A stretch of DNA of 64,000 bases from Eubacteriales bacterium. GTDB lineage: Bacteria > Bacillota > Clostridia > Oscillospirales > CAG-272. Made by a program: the position numbers and the translations under genes. Every line of letters starts with the position of its first letter. Position 1 is the stretch's first letter. Of the stretch, positions 9,087 through 19,004 are shown piece by piece. The stretch covers positions 43,175 through 107,174 of the forward strand of contig JAZOVZ010000086.1 of assembly GCA_045658965.1 (NCBI GenBank), in the 5' to 3' direction. A model generated the notes under the pieces. The model searched no databases. It was given only the letters and a program-made list of their open reading frames with translations, and was not told the DNA's origin.

Positions 9087-10364
9087 ATGATTCGCATATA
9101 TGATTTTAACGCCGTTTCGGACGAAGAAATTTTCAACCGTTCCGAGGACGCCTTCAACGTAGAGGACGCAGTTACCGAGATCATTGCAAGCGTCAAAGCG
9201 CAAAAGGACGCTGCCCTGCTTGCATACACCGAGAAATTTGACAAGGTCAAGCTGGATGCGCTGCAGGTTTCCGAGCAGGAGATCGCAGAGGCGTTTGCAG
9301 GCAGCGACCCCGAATTTATCCGCGTGATGCGCGACGCAGCTGCCAATATTGAAGCTTACCATAAAAACCAGGTAAGAACCGGATTTGAGATGCAAAAGGA
9401 CGGCGGCATTGTACTTGGTCAGAAGATCACTCCCTTAGCCAAGGTTGGCATTTACGTGCCCGGTGGCACGGCGGCTTACCCCTCCACCGTGCTCATGAAC
9501 AGCATTCCCGCCAAGCTTGCGGGCGTTGGTGAGATCGTCATGGTCACGCCCCCCATGCGCGATGGCAAGGTGAATCCCGCAATTCTTTGTGCGGCAAAGA
9601 TTGCAGGTGTGGATAAGATCTTCAAGATCGGCGGCGCACAGGCGGTTGCCGCATTGGCATACGGTACGGAGTCTGTACCCGCGGTAGACAAGATCGTCGG
9701 TCCCGGCAATGCGTTCGTGGCAGAAGCAAAGCGTCAGGTCTACGGCAAGGTCGCCATTGACATGATCGCAGGCCCCTCCGAGATTCTGGTACTGGCAGAT
9801 GGCAAGTCCAATCCCGCATTCGTGGCTGCCGACCTGCTCTCTCAGGCTGAGCACGATAAGATGGCAAGCGCAGTGCTTGTCACCGACAGCGAGCAGCTTG
9901 CTTATGCGGTACAATCCGAGGTGGAGCGTCAGCTTTCCATTCTGCCCCGTGAACAAATCGCGCGCCCCTCTATTGATAACTTCGGCAAGATCATCGTTTG
10001 CGCGGACTTGTGGCAAGGCATTGAGGTTGCCAACCGCATCGCTCCCGAGCACCTTGAGATTTGCGTGGACAATCCTTTTGATTATCTTGATAAGATCGAA
10101 AATGCGGGTTCGGTATTCCTTGGCAGGTACTGCCCCGAAGCCCTTGGCGATTATTATGCAGGCACAAACCACACGCTCCCCACAAGCGGCACGGCAAAAT
10201 TCTCCAGCCCCTTGTCGGTTGACGATTTTATCAAAAAGATCTCCTATACCTACTACGACCGCAACGCTATACAGAAAGCAGCGCCCGATATTGCTCTGTT
10301 TGCCCGCAAGGAGGGCCTTGAGGCACATGCAAGAAGCGCTGAGATCAGGTTGACAAATGAGTAA
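9087..10364 (+). CDS. hisD: Histidinol dehydrogenase
   Basis: 425 aa with HisD-typical blocks (GVYVPGGTAAYPSTVLM, SQAEHD, PEHLE, AGTNHTLPT). Confidence 0.92.
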   Translation: MIRIYDFNAVSDEEIFNRSEDAFNVEDAVTEIIASVKAQKDAALLAYTEKFDKVKLDALQVSEQEIAEAFAGSDPEFIRVMRDAAANIEAYHKNQVRTGFEMQKDGGIVLGQKITPLAKVGIYVPGGTAAYPSTVLMNSIPAKLAGVGEIVMVTPPMRDGKVNPAILCAAKIAGVDKIFKIGGAQAVAALAYGTESVPAVDKIVGPGNAFVAEAKRQVYGKVAIDMIAGPSEILVLADGKSNPAFVAADLLSQAEHDKMASAVLVTDSEQLAYAVQSEVERQLSILPREQIARPSIDNFGKIIVCADLWQGIEVANRIAPEHLEICVDNPFDYLDKIENAGSVFLGRYCPEALGDYYAGTNHTLPTSGTAKFSSPLSVDDFIKKISYTYYDRNAIQKAAPDIALFARKEGLEAHARSAEIRLTNE

Positions 10365-11412
10365 ATTTTTCTCCCGTAAGCCTGGTGAGCTCAAGGCGTA
10401 CGTACCGGGTGAACAACCCAGAAACGTACAGCAGCTCATCAAGCTTAATACAAACGAGTCTCCATTCCCGCCCGCTCCCGAGGTTATAGATGCAGTAGCG
10501 AGTGCGGCGCAAAAGGCAAACTTATACTGCGATCCCACCATGTTAAAGCTGCGCGAGGATCTTGCAAGTATTTACGGCTATACCCCCGATTATTTTACGC
10601 TGGGCAACGGCTCGGACGAGCTTTTGTCCTTTGCATTCCTTGCTTTTTGCAACAAGGAGATCGGTGCGGCGTATGCAGATATTACCTACGGCTTTTACAG
10701 CGTTCTTTCGCGTCTGTATGCGACCGATACTAAGATCGTACCGCTGGACGAGCAATATTGCATCAATCCCGATGACTATGCAGGTCTTGGCAGGACCTTG
10801 TTCATTGCCAACCCCAACGCTCCCACCGGCATTGCTCTGACGCGTGCGCAGATCGAGCGCATCCTGCAAGCCAACCCCGATAACGTGGTGGTCATAGACC
10901 AGGCGTACGTGGACTTCGGTGCAGAATGTGCAATCCCTCTGGTGGAAAAGTACGACAATCTGCTTGTGATCAACACCTTTTCCAAATCCCGCAGCTTTGC
11001 GGGCGGCAGAGTGGGCTTTGCAGTAGCCCAGCCTGCGCTGATTGCAGACCTGGAGACCATACGCAATTCCATCAATCCTTATAACGTAAACTCGCTCTCG
11101 CAGGCTGCCGCGCACGCCATTCTGCAGCATAACGACTATTACATGCAGAATTGCAGCATCGTTGCGCAGAACCGCATCTATCTGACAGAGCAGCTTGATG
11201 CGATGGGCTTTACCACGCTTCCCTCTTTGACCAATTTCGTATTTACCAAGCATCCCACCATTTCGGGTGAACAGCTGTATCTGCAGCTCAAGTCACGCGC
11301 AATTCTTGTACGTTACTTTGACGCGCCCCGCCTTAGCGACTTCTGCCGTATTACGGTAGGGACACGCGAGCAGGTCGATGCCCTGCTGGATGCCATCAGA
11401 TCCATCCTCTGA
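10357..11412 (+). CDS. hisC: Histidinol-phosphate aminotransferase
   Basis: It carries LNTNESPFPP and the class-II aminotransferase lysine block FSKSRSFAGGRVGF. It overlaps hisD by 8 nt. Confidence 0.9.
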   Translation: MSKFFSRKPGELKAYVPGEQPRNVQQLIKLNTNESPFPPAPEVIDAVASAAQKANLYCDPTMLKLREDLASIYGYTPDYFTLGNGSDELLSFAFLAFCNKEIGAAYADITYGFYSVLSRLYATDTKIVPLDEQYCINPDDYAGLGRTLFIANPNAPTGIALTRAQIERILQANPDNVVVIDQAYVDFGAECAIPLVEKYDNLLVINTFSKSRSFAGGRVGFAVAQPALIADLETIRNSINPYNVNSLSQAAAHAILQHNDYYMQNCSIVAQNRIYLTEQLDAMGFTTLPSLTNFVFTKHPTISGEQLYLQLKSRAILVRYFDAPRLSDFCRITVGTREQVDALLDAIRSIL

Positions 11413-11426
11413 AAGGAGAACTTTTC

Positions 11427-12014
11427 ATGAGAACCTGTAAAATTAACAGAAAAACCAATGAAACCGATATCGCACTTACCTTAAATCTTGACGGCACGGG
11501 CAGCTGTGAGATCACGACCGATTGCGGCTTTCTTACGCACATGCTGACCTTATTTGCAAGACACGGCGGTTTTGATCTGACCGTGAACTGCAAGGGTGAC
11601 AGTGAGGTGGACTTCCACCACACCGCCGAGGATATCGGCATTTGCCTTGGACAGGCGTTTGCAAAAGCGCTGGGTGATTGCAAGGGCATTTACAGATACG
11701 GTGATATCATTCTGCCCATGGACGAAGCACTCATACTTTGTGCGGTGGACGTTTCGGGTCGCCCCTATCTTGGCTACAGCGTGGAAATACCCGCTGCACG
11801 CGTGGGTGATTTTGACACCGAGCTTGCCGAGGAATTCTGGTTGGCGTTCGTGCGTCACGCAGGCATGACGCTGCACTTCAGAATGCTTGCGGGCAAAAAC
11901 TCGCACCACATCATTGAAGCAGAATTCAAGGCAGCTGCGCGCGTGCTTGCCAAGGCTTGCGCTGTTGACGCTGCGAAAGCAGACCAAATTCCTTCCACCA
12001 AGGGTGTATTATGA
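11427..12014 (+). CDS. hisB: Imidazoleglycerol-phosphate dehydratase
   Basis: RKTNETDI...DGTG, HHTAEDIGI and NSHHIIEAEFKA are the IGPD signature blocks. An RBS GAAAGGAG is present. Confidence 0.92.
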   Translation: MRTCKINRKTNETDIALTLNLDGTGSCEITTDCGFLTHMLTLFARHGGFDLTVNCKGDSEVDFHHTAEDIGICLGQAFAKALGDCKGIYRYGDIILPMDEALILCAVDVSGRPYLGYSVEIPAARVGDFDTELAEEFWLAFVRHAGMTLHFRMLAGKNSHHIIEAEFKAAARVLAKACAVDAAKADQIPSTKGVL

Positions 12015-12649
12015 TTACGATTATCGACTACGGCGTGGGAAACCTCTTTTCCCTTGCCTGCTCGTTTGAAAAAATAGGCGAGCAAGTATGCATCACGTCG
12101 GATGCGCAAACGATTCTGCATGCAGAGCGCATTGTATTGCCGGGCGTTGGTGCATTTGAAGATGCAGCGAATAAGCTTCGCCAAAGCGGGTTGGATACCA
12201 TTGTCAAGCAAAAAGCGGCTGAAGGCACGCCTATCTTGGGCATTTGCCTTGGTATGCAGATGCTGTTTGACAAAAGCTTTGAGTTTGGTGAACACGAGGG
12301 ACTTGGCTTGATTCCCGGTGCAGTTTGTCCGATCGCGCCCGTGATCGGCAACCTAAAGACCCCGCAGATGGGCTGGAATGCGCTCATTTTCCCCAAGGAT
12401 AAGCCCAAGCACCCCATTTTCAAGTACGTAAACGAGGGGGATCACGTATATTTCGTGCACTCCTATGCTGCCATGCAGTGTGATGCCTCGGTCAGTGCTC
12501 TGACCGAATACGGCGCGCTTTTGACCGCTGCCGCATGCCGCGGCAACGTATGCGGCACACAGTTCCACCCCGAAAAGAGCGGGCGCGTAGGGCTTGAGAT
12601 TCTGCGTGCATTCGCTGAATTTGATCCCAAATCCACCAAGGAGGTTTGA
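12011..12649 (+). CDS. hisH: Imidazole glycerol phosphate synthase, glutaminase subunit
   Basis: MITIIDYGVGNLFS, GICLGMQML and FHPEKS form a class-I amidotransferase triad. It is ATGA-coupled to hisB. Confidence 0.92.
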   Translation: MITIIDYGVGNLFSLACSFEKIGEQVCITSDAQTILHAERIVLPGVGAFEDAANKLRQSGLDTIVKQKAAEGTPILGICLGMQMLFDKSFEFGEHEGLGLIPGAVCPIAPVIGNLKTPQMGWNALIFPKDKPKHPIFKYVNEGDHVYFVHSYAAMQCDASVSALTEYGALLTAAACRGNVCGTQFHPEKSGRVGLEILRAFAEFDPKSTKEV

Positions 12650-12653
12650 TAAC

Positions 12654-13373
12654 ATGATACTTTTTCCTGCAATAGACCTCATTGGCGGTAAGGCGGTACG
12701 CCTGACCAAGGGCGATTACGCACAAATGACGGTTTATCATGATAATCCCGTTGCGGTTGCACAGTCGTTCGAGGCTGCGGGCGCAACGCATATTCACGTG
12801 GTTGACTTAGAAGGCGCGCGTGACGGCACGCCCCCCAATTTTGAAACGGTTTGTGCCATTATCCGAAATACTTCCCTCAAATTAGAAATAGGCGGCGGCA
12901 TCCGAGATATGCAGACCGTGGAAAAATACCTGAACGCAGGCGCGTATCGCGTCATTCTCGGCACGGCTGCATTGACCGATCCCACATTTTTGAAGCTGGC
13001 AGTTGCTACGTATGGCGACCAAATCGCGGTTGGAGCAGACCTGCGCGACGGCATGGTCGCCACGCACGGCTGGCTGCAGACCTCGCGTGTGTCGGGTGCG
13101 GAGTTTATCCGTTCCATGCAGGAAATCGGCGTGCGCGTAATCATTTGCACCGACATTTCCAAGGACGGCGTGATGGGCGGCACAAACCGTGCACTTTACC
13201 AGTCTCTGCAAGCAGAGTTTCCGCAGATGTGCTTCACCGCATCGGGCGGCATTTCGGATATTGAGACAGTCAAGGCACTTGCCGATATGCACATGTACGG
13301 TGCGATTTTAGGCAAAGCACTTTACACAGGTGCGATTGATCTTGTGGACGCGGTACGGGAGGTGGCAGAATGA
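12654..13373 (+). CDS. hisA: ProFAR isomerase HisA
   Basis: I moved the start to ATG-12654 (MILFPAIDLIGGKAVRL), which is preceded by AAGGAGG. The ORF-track start at 12594 overlaps hisH and lacks an RBS. Confidence 0.9.
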   Translation: MILFPAIDLIGGKAVRLTKGDYAQMTVYHDNPVAVAQSFEAAGATHIHVVDLEGARDGTPPNFETVCAIIRNTSLKLEIGGGIRDMQTVEKYLNAGAYRVILGTAALTDPTFLKLAVATYGDQIAVGADLRDGMVATHGWLQTSRVSGAEFIRSMQEIGVRVIICTDISKDGVMGGTNRALYQSLQAEFPQMCFTASGGISDIETVKALADMHMYGAILGKALYTGAIDLVDAVREVAE

Positions 13374-14128
13374 TCACCAAGCGCATTATTCCCTGCCTGG
13401 ACGTCAAGGACGGCAGAGTGGTCAAGGGCGTCAACTTTGCAGGACTCCGCGACGTCAATTCGCCCGTCGAGCTTGCCAAATACTACAGCGACAACGGTGC
13501 TGACGAGCTTGTTTTTTACGATATCGCAGCATCTGCTACCGAACGTGCCCTGTTTACCGATATTTTGACAGAGACCGCGAGAAACGTTTTTATACCGCTT
13601 ACGGTGGGCGGCGGCATCAATGCACTTGCAGACTTTGAACGCGTACTTGCCTGCGGTGCGGATAAGGTCAGCGTCAACACGGGTGCTATCAAGAATCCCG
13701 ATCTGATCTATGACGCAGCGCGCAGATACGGCAGCCAATGCGTCGTGCTTTCCGCCGATATCAAGCGCGTGGACGGCACCTTCCGCATTTTTGCCAAGGG
13801 CGGACGCGAAAACACCGGCATTGAGGCACTGGAATGGGTCAGACGCGCCGAGCAAAACGGCGCGGGCGAGATCGTGGTCAATTCGATTGACACAGACGGT
13901 GTCAAGCAGGGCTTTGACATTGAAATGCTGCAGGCGGTTTGCGATACCGTCAAGATCCCGGTCATTGCATCGGGCGGTGCGGGCAGCGTGCAGGACTTTA
14001 TTACTCTTTTCCATTCGGTTCCGGGTGTAGATGCGGGGCTTGCCGCATCGGTCTTCCATTTCGGAGAAATCAAAATTCCCTCGCTCAAAGCAGAACTTGC
14101 CGAGCAAGGGATCATCGTGAGGTTATAA
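13370..14128 (+). CDS. hisF: Imidazole glycerol phosphate synthase, cyclase subunit
   Basis: [19 protein letters not shown]...VIASGGAG. It is ATGA-coupled to hisA. Confidence 0.92.
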   Translation: MITKRIIPCLDVKDGRVVKGVNFAGLRDVNSPVELAKYYSDNGADELVFYDIAASATERALFTDILTETARNVFIPLTVGGGINALADFERVLACGADKVSVNTGAIKNPDLIYDAARRYGSQCVVLSADIKRVDGTFRIFAKGGRENTGIEALEWVRRAEQNGAGEIVVNSIDTDGVKQGFDIEMLQAVCDTVKIPVIASGGAGSVQDFITLFHSVPGVDAGLAASVFHFGEIKIPSLKAELAEQGIIVRL

Positions 14129-14129
14129 T

Positions 14130-14777
14130 ATGTTGAATATCAAGGATTTGAAATTTGATAGTAATGGGCTGATCCCCGCCATTGTGGTGGACGCAGTCGA
14201 CGGCAAGGTGCTTATGCTTGCCTATATGAACGCAGAAAGCCTGCAGATCACCATGGACGAGGGCACGACCTGCTTCTGGTCGCGCTCCAGACAAGAACTC
14301 TGGAGAAAGGGCGAAACCTCGGGCAACCGCCAGCACGTGCTGTGCATCAAGGCGGACTGCGACCGTGACACCTTGACCGTGCTTGTCAATAAGGACGGCC
14401 CCGCCTGCCACACGGGAGCGGAGACCTGCTTTAACGATCTTGTTTACACAAGCGGCACGCAAGAACCCTTTTCGATGAAAACACTTGAGGCATTGCTTGC
14501 AGACAGACGCGAAAAGATGCCCGAGGGCTCTTATACCACCTATCTGTTTGCCAAGGGCATGGATAAGATCCTCAAAAAGGTGGGCGAGGAATCCACCGAG
14601 GTCATCATCGCGGGCAAGAATCAGGATAAGGCGGAAGCCATCTACGAGATCGCAGATCTTGCCTATCACGTCATGGTCATGATGAACGAAATGGGCATCT
14701 CGGTTGACGAGGTCAAAGCAGAGCTTGCGTCCAGACACATCATTGACCATAAGGTCAAGCAGGAAAAGATGAAATAA
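14130..14777 (+). CDS. hisIE: Bifunctional phosphoribosyl-AMP cyclohydrolase / phosphoribosyl-ATP pyrophosphatase
   Basis: The N-terminus is HisI-like (LIPAIVVD...LMLAYMN, CDRDTL...GPACHTG). The C-terminus is HisE-like ([22 protein letters not shown]...EESTEVIIA). Confidence 0.9.
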   Translation: MLNIKDLKFDSNGLIPAIVVDAVDGKVLMLAYMNAESLQITMDEGTTCFWSRSRQELWRKGETSGNRQHVLCIKADCDRDTLTVLVNKDGPACHTGAETCFNDLVYTSGTQEPFSMKTLEALLADRREKMPEGSYTTYLFAKGMDKILKKVGEESTEVIIAGKNQDKAEAIYEIADLAYHVMVMMNEMGISVDEVKAELASRHIIDHKVKQEKMK

Positions 14778-14783
14778 CAAAAA

Positions 14784-14814
14784 GGAACTTGCCCCAAGGC
14801 AAGTTCCTTTTTTT
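14784..14814. terminator. Bidirectional rho-independent terminator between the his operon and the convergent gene
   Basis: GGAACTTGCC (14784-14793) pairs with GGCAAGTTCC (14798-14807). It has an A-run upstream and TTTTTTT downstream. Confidence 0.85.
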
Positions 14815-14820
14815 GCTCAA

Positions 14821-16017
14821 TTATCGGTCACAAAACGCGCCGTTGGTGAAGTCCGGGAAGTCGACGGGGGCGCCGCCCTTGGCAATAGACATTTCGGACA
14901 GCGGCGTGACAGCCATCCAGGCGGCTGCGTCATAGACGTCGATGGGGCAAGGTGTACCGTTGCGGACTGCCTCGATAAAGGCGTCGTAAACAAGTCCGTC
15001 CATGCCGCCGTGGCCGCCGCGCAAGCCTTCCTTGAGATACTTCTCCCAAACAGGATGCTCGTACTTTTCCAGGTACTTTTCCGCGTTGTTCCACTGTACG
15101 GACCAATTCCAATGGTCAGCGGGAGTAAAATCGGAATCCAAATAAATCGAGTTATTATCTTCCATATACATACCCAGCGTGCCGCGCACGGTAAATCTGC
15201 GGCTGTAGGCTCTGGGCAGTGTGGTATCCAGGCTGAGCGTGATGGTCTCGCCGTTCGCACATTTGATGATGGTGGTGACCACGTCGCCCTGCGCAAAGCT
15301 TGCGGTCTGCAGCGCGGGATTGACGTTATCATGCTGCTTTGCATATTCGTTCATGCCGCGCGCCTTGCTTGCCACGGACACAAGCGACAAAAAGCGGTTG
15401 CCACGGTTGATATCCAAAATCTGTGCGATGGGGCCAAGCTCATGCGTGGGATAATTCTCGCAGTTTCTGTGCAGATAATTGCGCAGTCTGTAGTGTCTGT
15501 TTTCCTTACCAAACGCGATCTCGTCACGCAGATCGTGGCAATAGCCGCCTTCGCAATGCACGATCTCGCCAAACAGACCTTGCTTGATCATGTTCATGAC
15601 CATCATTTCAATTCTGCCGTAGCAGCAGTTCTCAAGGAACATAAAGGGCGTACCGGTCTGCTCATAGGTGCGCACCATATCCCAGCATTGATCGATGGAG
15701 TACGCGCCTCCAACCTCCATGCCGACGGCAATGCCCTTCTGCATTGCTTCAATGGCGATCGGCACGTGGGATTCCCAAGAGGAAAGAATGAGCACGGCAT
15801 CTGCAAGCTCCTTATTGAGGACGTCATGCCAATTCGTGCTTGCAAAGGGTGCAGGCTGACCGTGGCGCACAACGGCATCCACGCCCCATTGCACTCTGTC
15901 TTCGTACGTGTCGCATACTGCGGTCACGACCATATTATCCATATCTAACAGACAATGCTCCATCATATATTGACCGCGGCAACCAATGCCCACTACCGCA
16001 ACTCTTACCTTTTCCAT
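14821..16017 (-). CDS. Gfo/Idh/MocA-fold NAD-dependent enzyme, GH109-like glycosidase candidate
   Basis: It has an N-terminal Rossmann motif VAVVGIGCRGQ and a C-terminal GGHGGMD...DVYDAAAWMAVTPLSEMS block. From memory, that block is characteristic of NAD-dependent GH109-type glycosidases; I did not verify this by search. Confidence 0.55.
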   Translation of the reverse strand: MEKVRVAVVGIGCRGQYMMEHCLLDMDNMVVTAVCDTYEDRVQWGVDAVVRHGQPAPFASTNWHDVLNKELADAVLILSSWESHVPIAIEAMQKGIAVGMEVGGAYSIDQCWDMVRTYEQTGTPFMFLENCCYGRIEMMVMNMIKQGLFGEIVHCEGGYCHDLRDEIAFGKENRHYRLRNYLHRNCENYPTHELGPIAQILDINRGNRFLSLVSVASKARGMNEYAKQHDNVNPALQTASFAQGDVVTTIIKCANGETITLSLDTTLPRAYSRRFTVRGTLGMYMEDNNSIYLDSDFTPADHWNWSVQWNNAEKYLEKYEHPVWEKYLKEGLRGGHGGMDGLVYDAFIEAVRNGTPCPIDVYDAAAWMAVTPLSEMSIAKGGAPVDFPDFTNGAFCDR

Positions 16018-16100
16018 AACTGACCTCCGGGGTTGATATTAAAAATTACATTGATAATATATCATATTTCCGCATTTTTGTCAAGAATTTCTCAAAACTA

Positions 16101-16129
16101 TTGCAATGTTTTCACGGTTGTGATATAAT
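16101..16129 (+). promoter_or_regulatory. SigA-type promoter of trkA-trkH (extended -10)
   Basis: TTGCAA (16101-16106), a 17-nt spacer, then TGA-TATAAT (16121-16129). Confidence 0.7.
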
Positions 16130-16164
16130 TGTTATATATGTAAACTTCTATATGGAGATTTGTT

Positions 16165-17520
16165 ATGAGAATTATTATCGTTGGTGCGGGCACGGTCGGT
16201 ACTGTCATTTGCACTCGACTTGCACAAGAACATCATAATATTACGCTGATCGACCATAACGTTGCAGTTTTGAATGAAATGAATACCAAGTTTGACGTGA
16301 TTGGTATCGAGGGTAACGGCGCATCCGTCTCCACGTTGCGCAAGGCAGGAGCTGACAAGGCTGATTTGCTGATTGCAGTAACCAATCAGGACGAGCTGAA
16401 TATTCTTTGCTGTGCATCCGCAAAAAAGCTTGGAACCAAGCACACCATCGCGCGCGTGCGTAACCCCGAGTACAGCGAGCTGATGCAAATGATCAAGCAG
16501 GACCTTAACCTCTCTTTGACCATCAATCCCGAGCTGGCTGTTGCCAAAGAGATATCACGTATGCTGCGCTTCCCTTTTGCTACCAAGGTGGATACTTGCT
16601 ATCACGGCAGAGTGGAGCTTGCAGAGCTTGTCATTGGCGAAGGGTCGGCTCTTTGCGGTATGACCATGGCGCAGCTGCACACCAAACTCAATCTGCGCTT
16701 TTTGATTTGCGGAGTTTTGCGCCAAGGCAAGGCTTACATCCCTAAAGGTGATTTTATCCTCGCAGCAGGAGATCAGGTCTGCGTCACCGCTCACGACGAG
16801 GAGTTGGTCAACTTCTTTAAGGTGATCGGTGCGTACAAGCACCCCGTACGAGACGTGCTGATCGTAGGCGGTGGCAGAATGACCTATTATCTGCTCAATC
16901 ACCTGCAAAAAACCAAGATCCGAGCTACCGTCATTGAGCCGGACAAGACGCTTTGCCGCGGACTTGCCGAGCGATTTGACTGCAACGTCATCCGTGACGA
17001 CGGCACCAATCAATCCGTACTCAAGGAAGAAGGCATTGCGAAAGCCGATGCATTCCTTGCTCTTTCCTCCGAGGACGAAGAAAACGCTATCGTTTCCTTG
17101 TATGCAAAAACGCAAGGCACCAAAAAAATTATTACGCTGATCAGTGCCATGCAGTACGTTGATCTCTTCAAGGGCATGGGACTTGACGGAATCGTATCGC
17201 CCAAATACTCCACGTCTAACGAAATCTTACGTTACGTCAGATCGCTGGCTGTTACCAAGGATATTGAGATCGAATCTCTGCACAAGCTCATGGAGGACAA
17301 CTTTGAAGCACTGGAATGTGTGATCAAAGAGCCTGTCGAAGGCATTACGGGCATTCCGCTCAAAAACCTCAAGCTCAGACGTGACGTGATTATCGCAAGC
17401 ATCGTACATAAGGACAAGATCGTTATCCCTTCCGGTAATGATAAAATGGAAAGCGGCGACACGGTCATTCTGTTTACCACGGGTGTTGAAATCAACGACA
17501 TAAAGGATATTTTGAAATAA
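16165..17520 (+). CDS. trkA: Trk K+ uptake system NAD-binding subunit TrkA (tandem RCK)
   Basis: MRIIIVGAGTVG and a second VLIVGGGRMTYYL Rossmann motif give the two RCK_N/RCK_C units. 451 aa. Confidence 0.88.
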   Translation: MRIIIVGAGTVGTVICTRLAQEHHNITLIDHNVAVLNEMNTKFDVIGIEGNGASVSTLRKAGADKADLLIAVTNQDELNILCCASAKKLGTKHTIARVRNPEYSELMQMIKQDLNLSLTINPELAVAKEISRMLRFPFATKVDTCYHGRVELAELVIGEGSALCGMTMAQLHTKLNLRFLICGVLRQGKAYIPKGDFILAAGDQVCVTAHDEELVNFFKVIGAYKHPVRDVLIVGGGRMTYYLLNHLQKTKIRATVIEPDKTLCRGLAERFDCNVIRDDGTNQSVLKEEGIAKADAFLALSSEDEENAIVSLYAKTQGTKKIITLISAMQYVDLFKGMGLDGIVSPKYSTSNEILRYVRSLAVTKDIEIESLHKLMEDNFEALECVIKEPVEGITGIPLKNLKLRRDVIIASIVHKDKIVIPSGNDKMESGDTVILFTTGVEINDIKDILK

Positions 17521-17521
17521 T

Positions 17522-18961
17522 ATGAATTATCGCATGCTACGGTATCTGCTGGGATGCATCTTGTTCATCGAAGCAATTCTGATGACGCTGCCCTTAGCAG
17601 TATCATTGATCTCGCATGAGGATATCATGCCTTTCGTTTATACGATCGTAATTCTGCTCGTCATTTCGCTGCCGTGCGTGATCCTCAAGCCCAAAAACAC
17701 GCAGATCTATGCCAGAGAAGGCTTTGTTTGCGTCAGCGCGGCTTGGATCTTGCTGGCAGTATTCGGCGCACTCCCCTTTATTTTCAGCGGAGCGATCAGC
17801 AATCCCATAGACGCATTTTTCGAAACGGTATCCGGCTTTACCACCACGGGCGCAACCATTCTGCCCGCTGTGGAGCATCTGCCGCGCGGCATTTTGTTCT
17901 GGCGCAGCTTTACGCACTGGATAGGCGGTATGGGTGTGCTGGTATTTATGCTCGCAATTCTGCCCAGCGCAGGCGGCGAGGCAATACACCTGATGCGCGC
18001 GGAAGTGCCCGGCCCCACAAAGGGAAAGCTTGTGCCGAAAATGCGCCAGACCGCGCTGATTCTGTACGGCATTTATATTGCGCTGACCGTTCTGCAGATC
18101 ATTGTATTGCTGCTTTGTAAAATGCCGTTATACGATGCAATCGTCAATTCGTTTGCAACCGCGGGCACGGGTGGCTTCTCGGTGCTTAATAATTCCGTTG
18201 CCGGCTATAACAGCCCCGCCGTTGAATGGGTGATTGGCATATTTATGCTGCTGTTCGGTATCAACTTCAATTTGTTCTTTTTCATCTTGGTTGGTAAAAT
18301 CAAAGATGTGTTCAAAAGCGAAGAGCTCCGTGCTTATCTTGGCGTGGTGATCGCGTCAGTAACAGTCATTTTGATCAACACATACCGCATGTTCGACTCA
18401 TTCGGTCAAGGCTTACGCACCGTGTTCTTCCAAGTTTCATCGATCATGACAACGACCGGCTTTTGCACGGTGGAATTCAATGATTGGCCTGTGCTTTCCA
18501 AGACCGTGATCGTCATGCTGATGATGATCGGCGCGTGCGCCGGCTCTACCGGTGGCGGCTTGAAAATCTCGCGTATCATGATCTTATGTAAAAATATTGT
18601 ACGTGAGATCAAGCATATGATCAGACCGCGCTCGGTTAACGTCGTTCGTGTAGACGGAGAGGTAGTTCCCGACGAAACGCTTCGCTCCGCTACGGGATAC
18701 CTGACGGTTTACATTCTGGTAACGATAGTTACAATGCTGGTCATTTCAATTGACGGTATCAGCATGGAAACAAATCTGACCGCAGCGATCTCCTGCGTCA
18801 ATAATATCGGTCCCGCACTTGGTGAATTCGGAGCTTTTGGCAACTTTGCTCCCTATTCCGATCTTTCCACGTTTGTGCTGTCTTTTGCAATGCTGTTTGG
18901 CAGATTGGAGCTTGTACCCATGCTGGTGCTGTTCTCCCCTTACGTTTGGAAAAAGAGATAA
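17522..18961 (+). CDS. trkH: TrkH/KtrB-family K+ transporter membrane subunit
   Basis: A 479-aa polytopic protein with repeated selectivity-filter-like motifs (SGFTTTGAT, ATAGTGGFS, MTTTGF, GSTGGGLK). It starts 1 nt after the trkA stop. Confidence 0.88.
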   Translation: MNYRMLRYLLGCILFIEAILMTLPLAVSLISHEDIMPFVYTIVILLVISLPCVILKPKNTQIYAREGFVCVSAAWILLAVFGALPFIFSGAISNPIDAFFETVSGFTTTGATILPAVEHLPRGILFWRSFTHWIGGMGVLVFMLAILPSAGGEAIHLMRAEVPGPTKGKLVPKMRQTALILYGIYIALTVLQIIVLLLCKMPLYDAIVNSFATAGTGGFSVLNNSVAGYNSPAVEWVIGIFMLLFGINFNLFFFILVGKIKDVFKSEELRAYLGVVIASVTVILINTYRMFDSFGQGLRTVFFQVSSIMTTTGFCTVEFNDWPVLSKTVIVMLMMIGACAGSTGGGLKISRIMILCKNIVREIKHMIRPRSVNVVRVDGEVVPDETLRSATGYLTVYILVTIVTMLVISIDGISMETNLTAAISCVNNIGPALGEFGAFGNFAPYSDLSTFVLSFAMLFGRLELVPMLVLFSPYVWKKR

Positions 18962-18971
18962 TCATAAAATT

Positions 18972-18999
18972 ACGGCGAAGGCTTAAAAGCCTTCGCCGT
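18972..18999. terminator. Bidirectional terminator between trkH and the convergent oxidoreductase operon
   Basis: ACGGCGAAGGC (18972-18982) pairs with GCCTTCGCCGT (18989-18999), followed by tgtctttattt. Confidence 0.8.
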
Positions 19000-19004
19000 T
19001 GTCT

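Noticed and set aside
16018-16164. c-di-AMP (ydaO/kimA-type) riboswitch upstream of trkA
   Set aside because: The promoter at 16101-16129 leaves about 30 nt of UTR, too short for that riboswitch, and no conserved ACGGGG/CCCGA-type blocks were seen.
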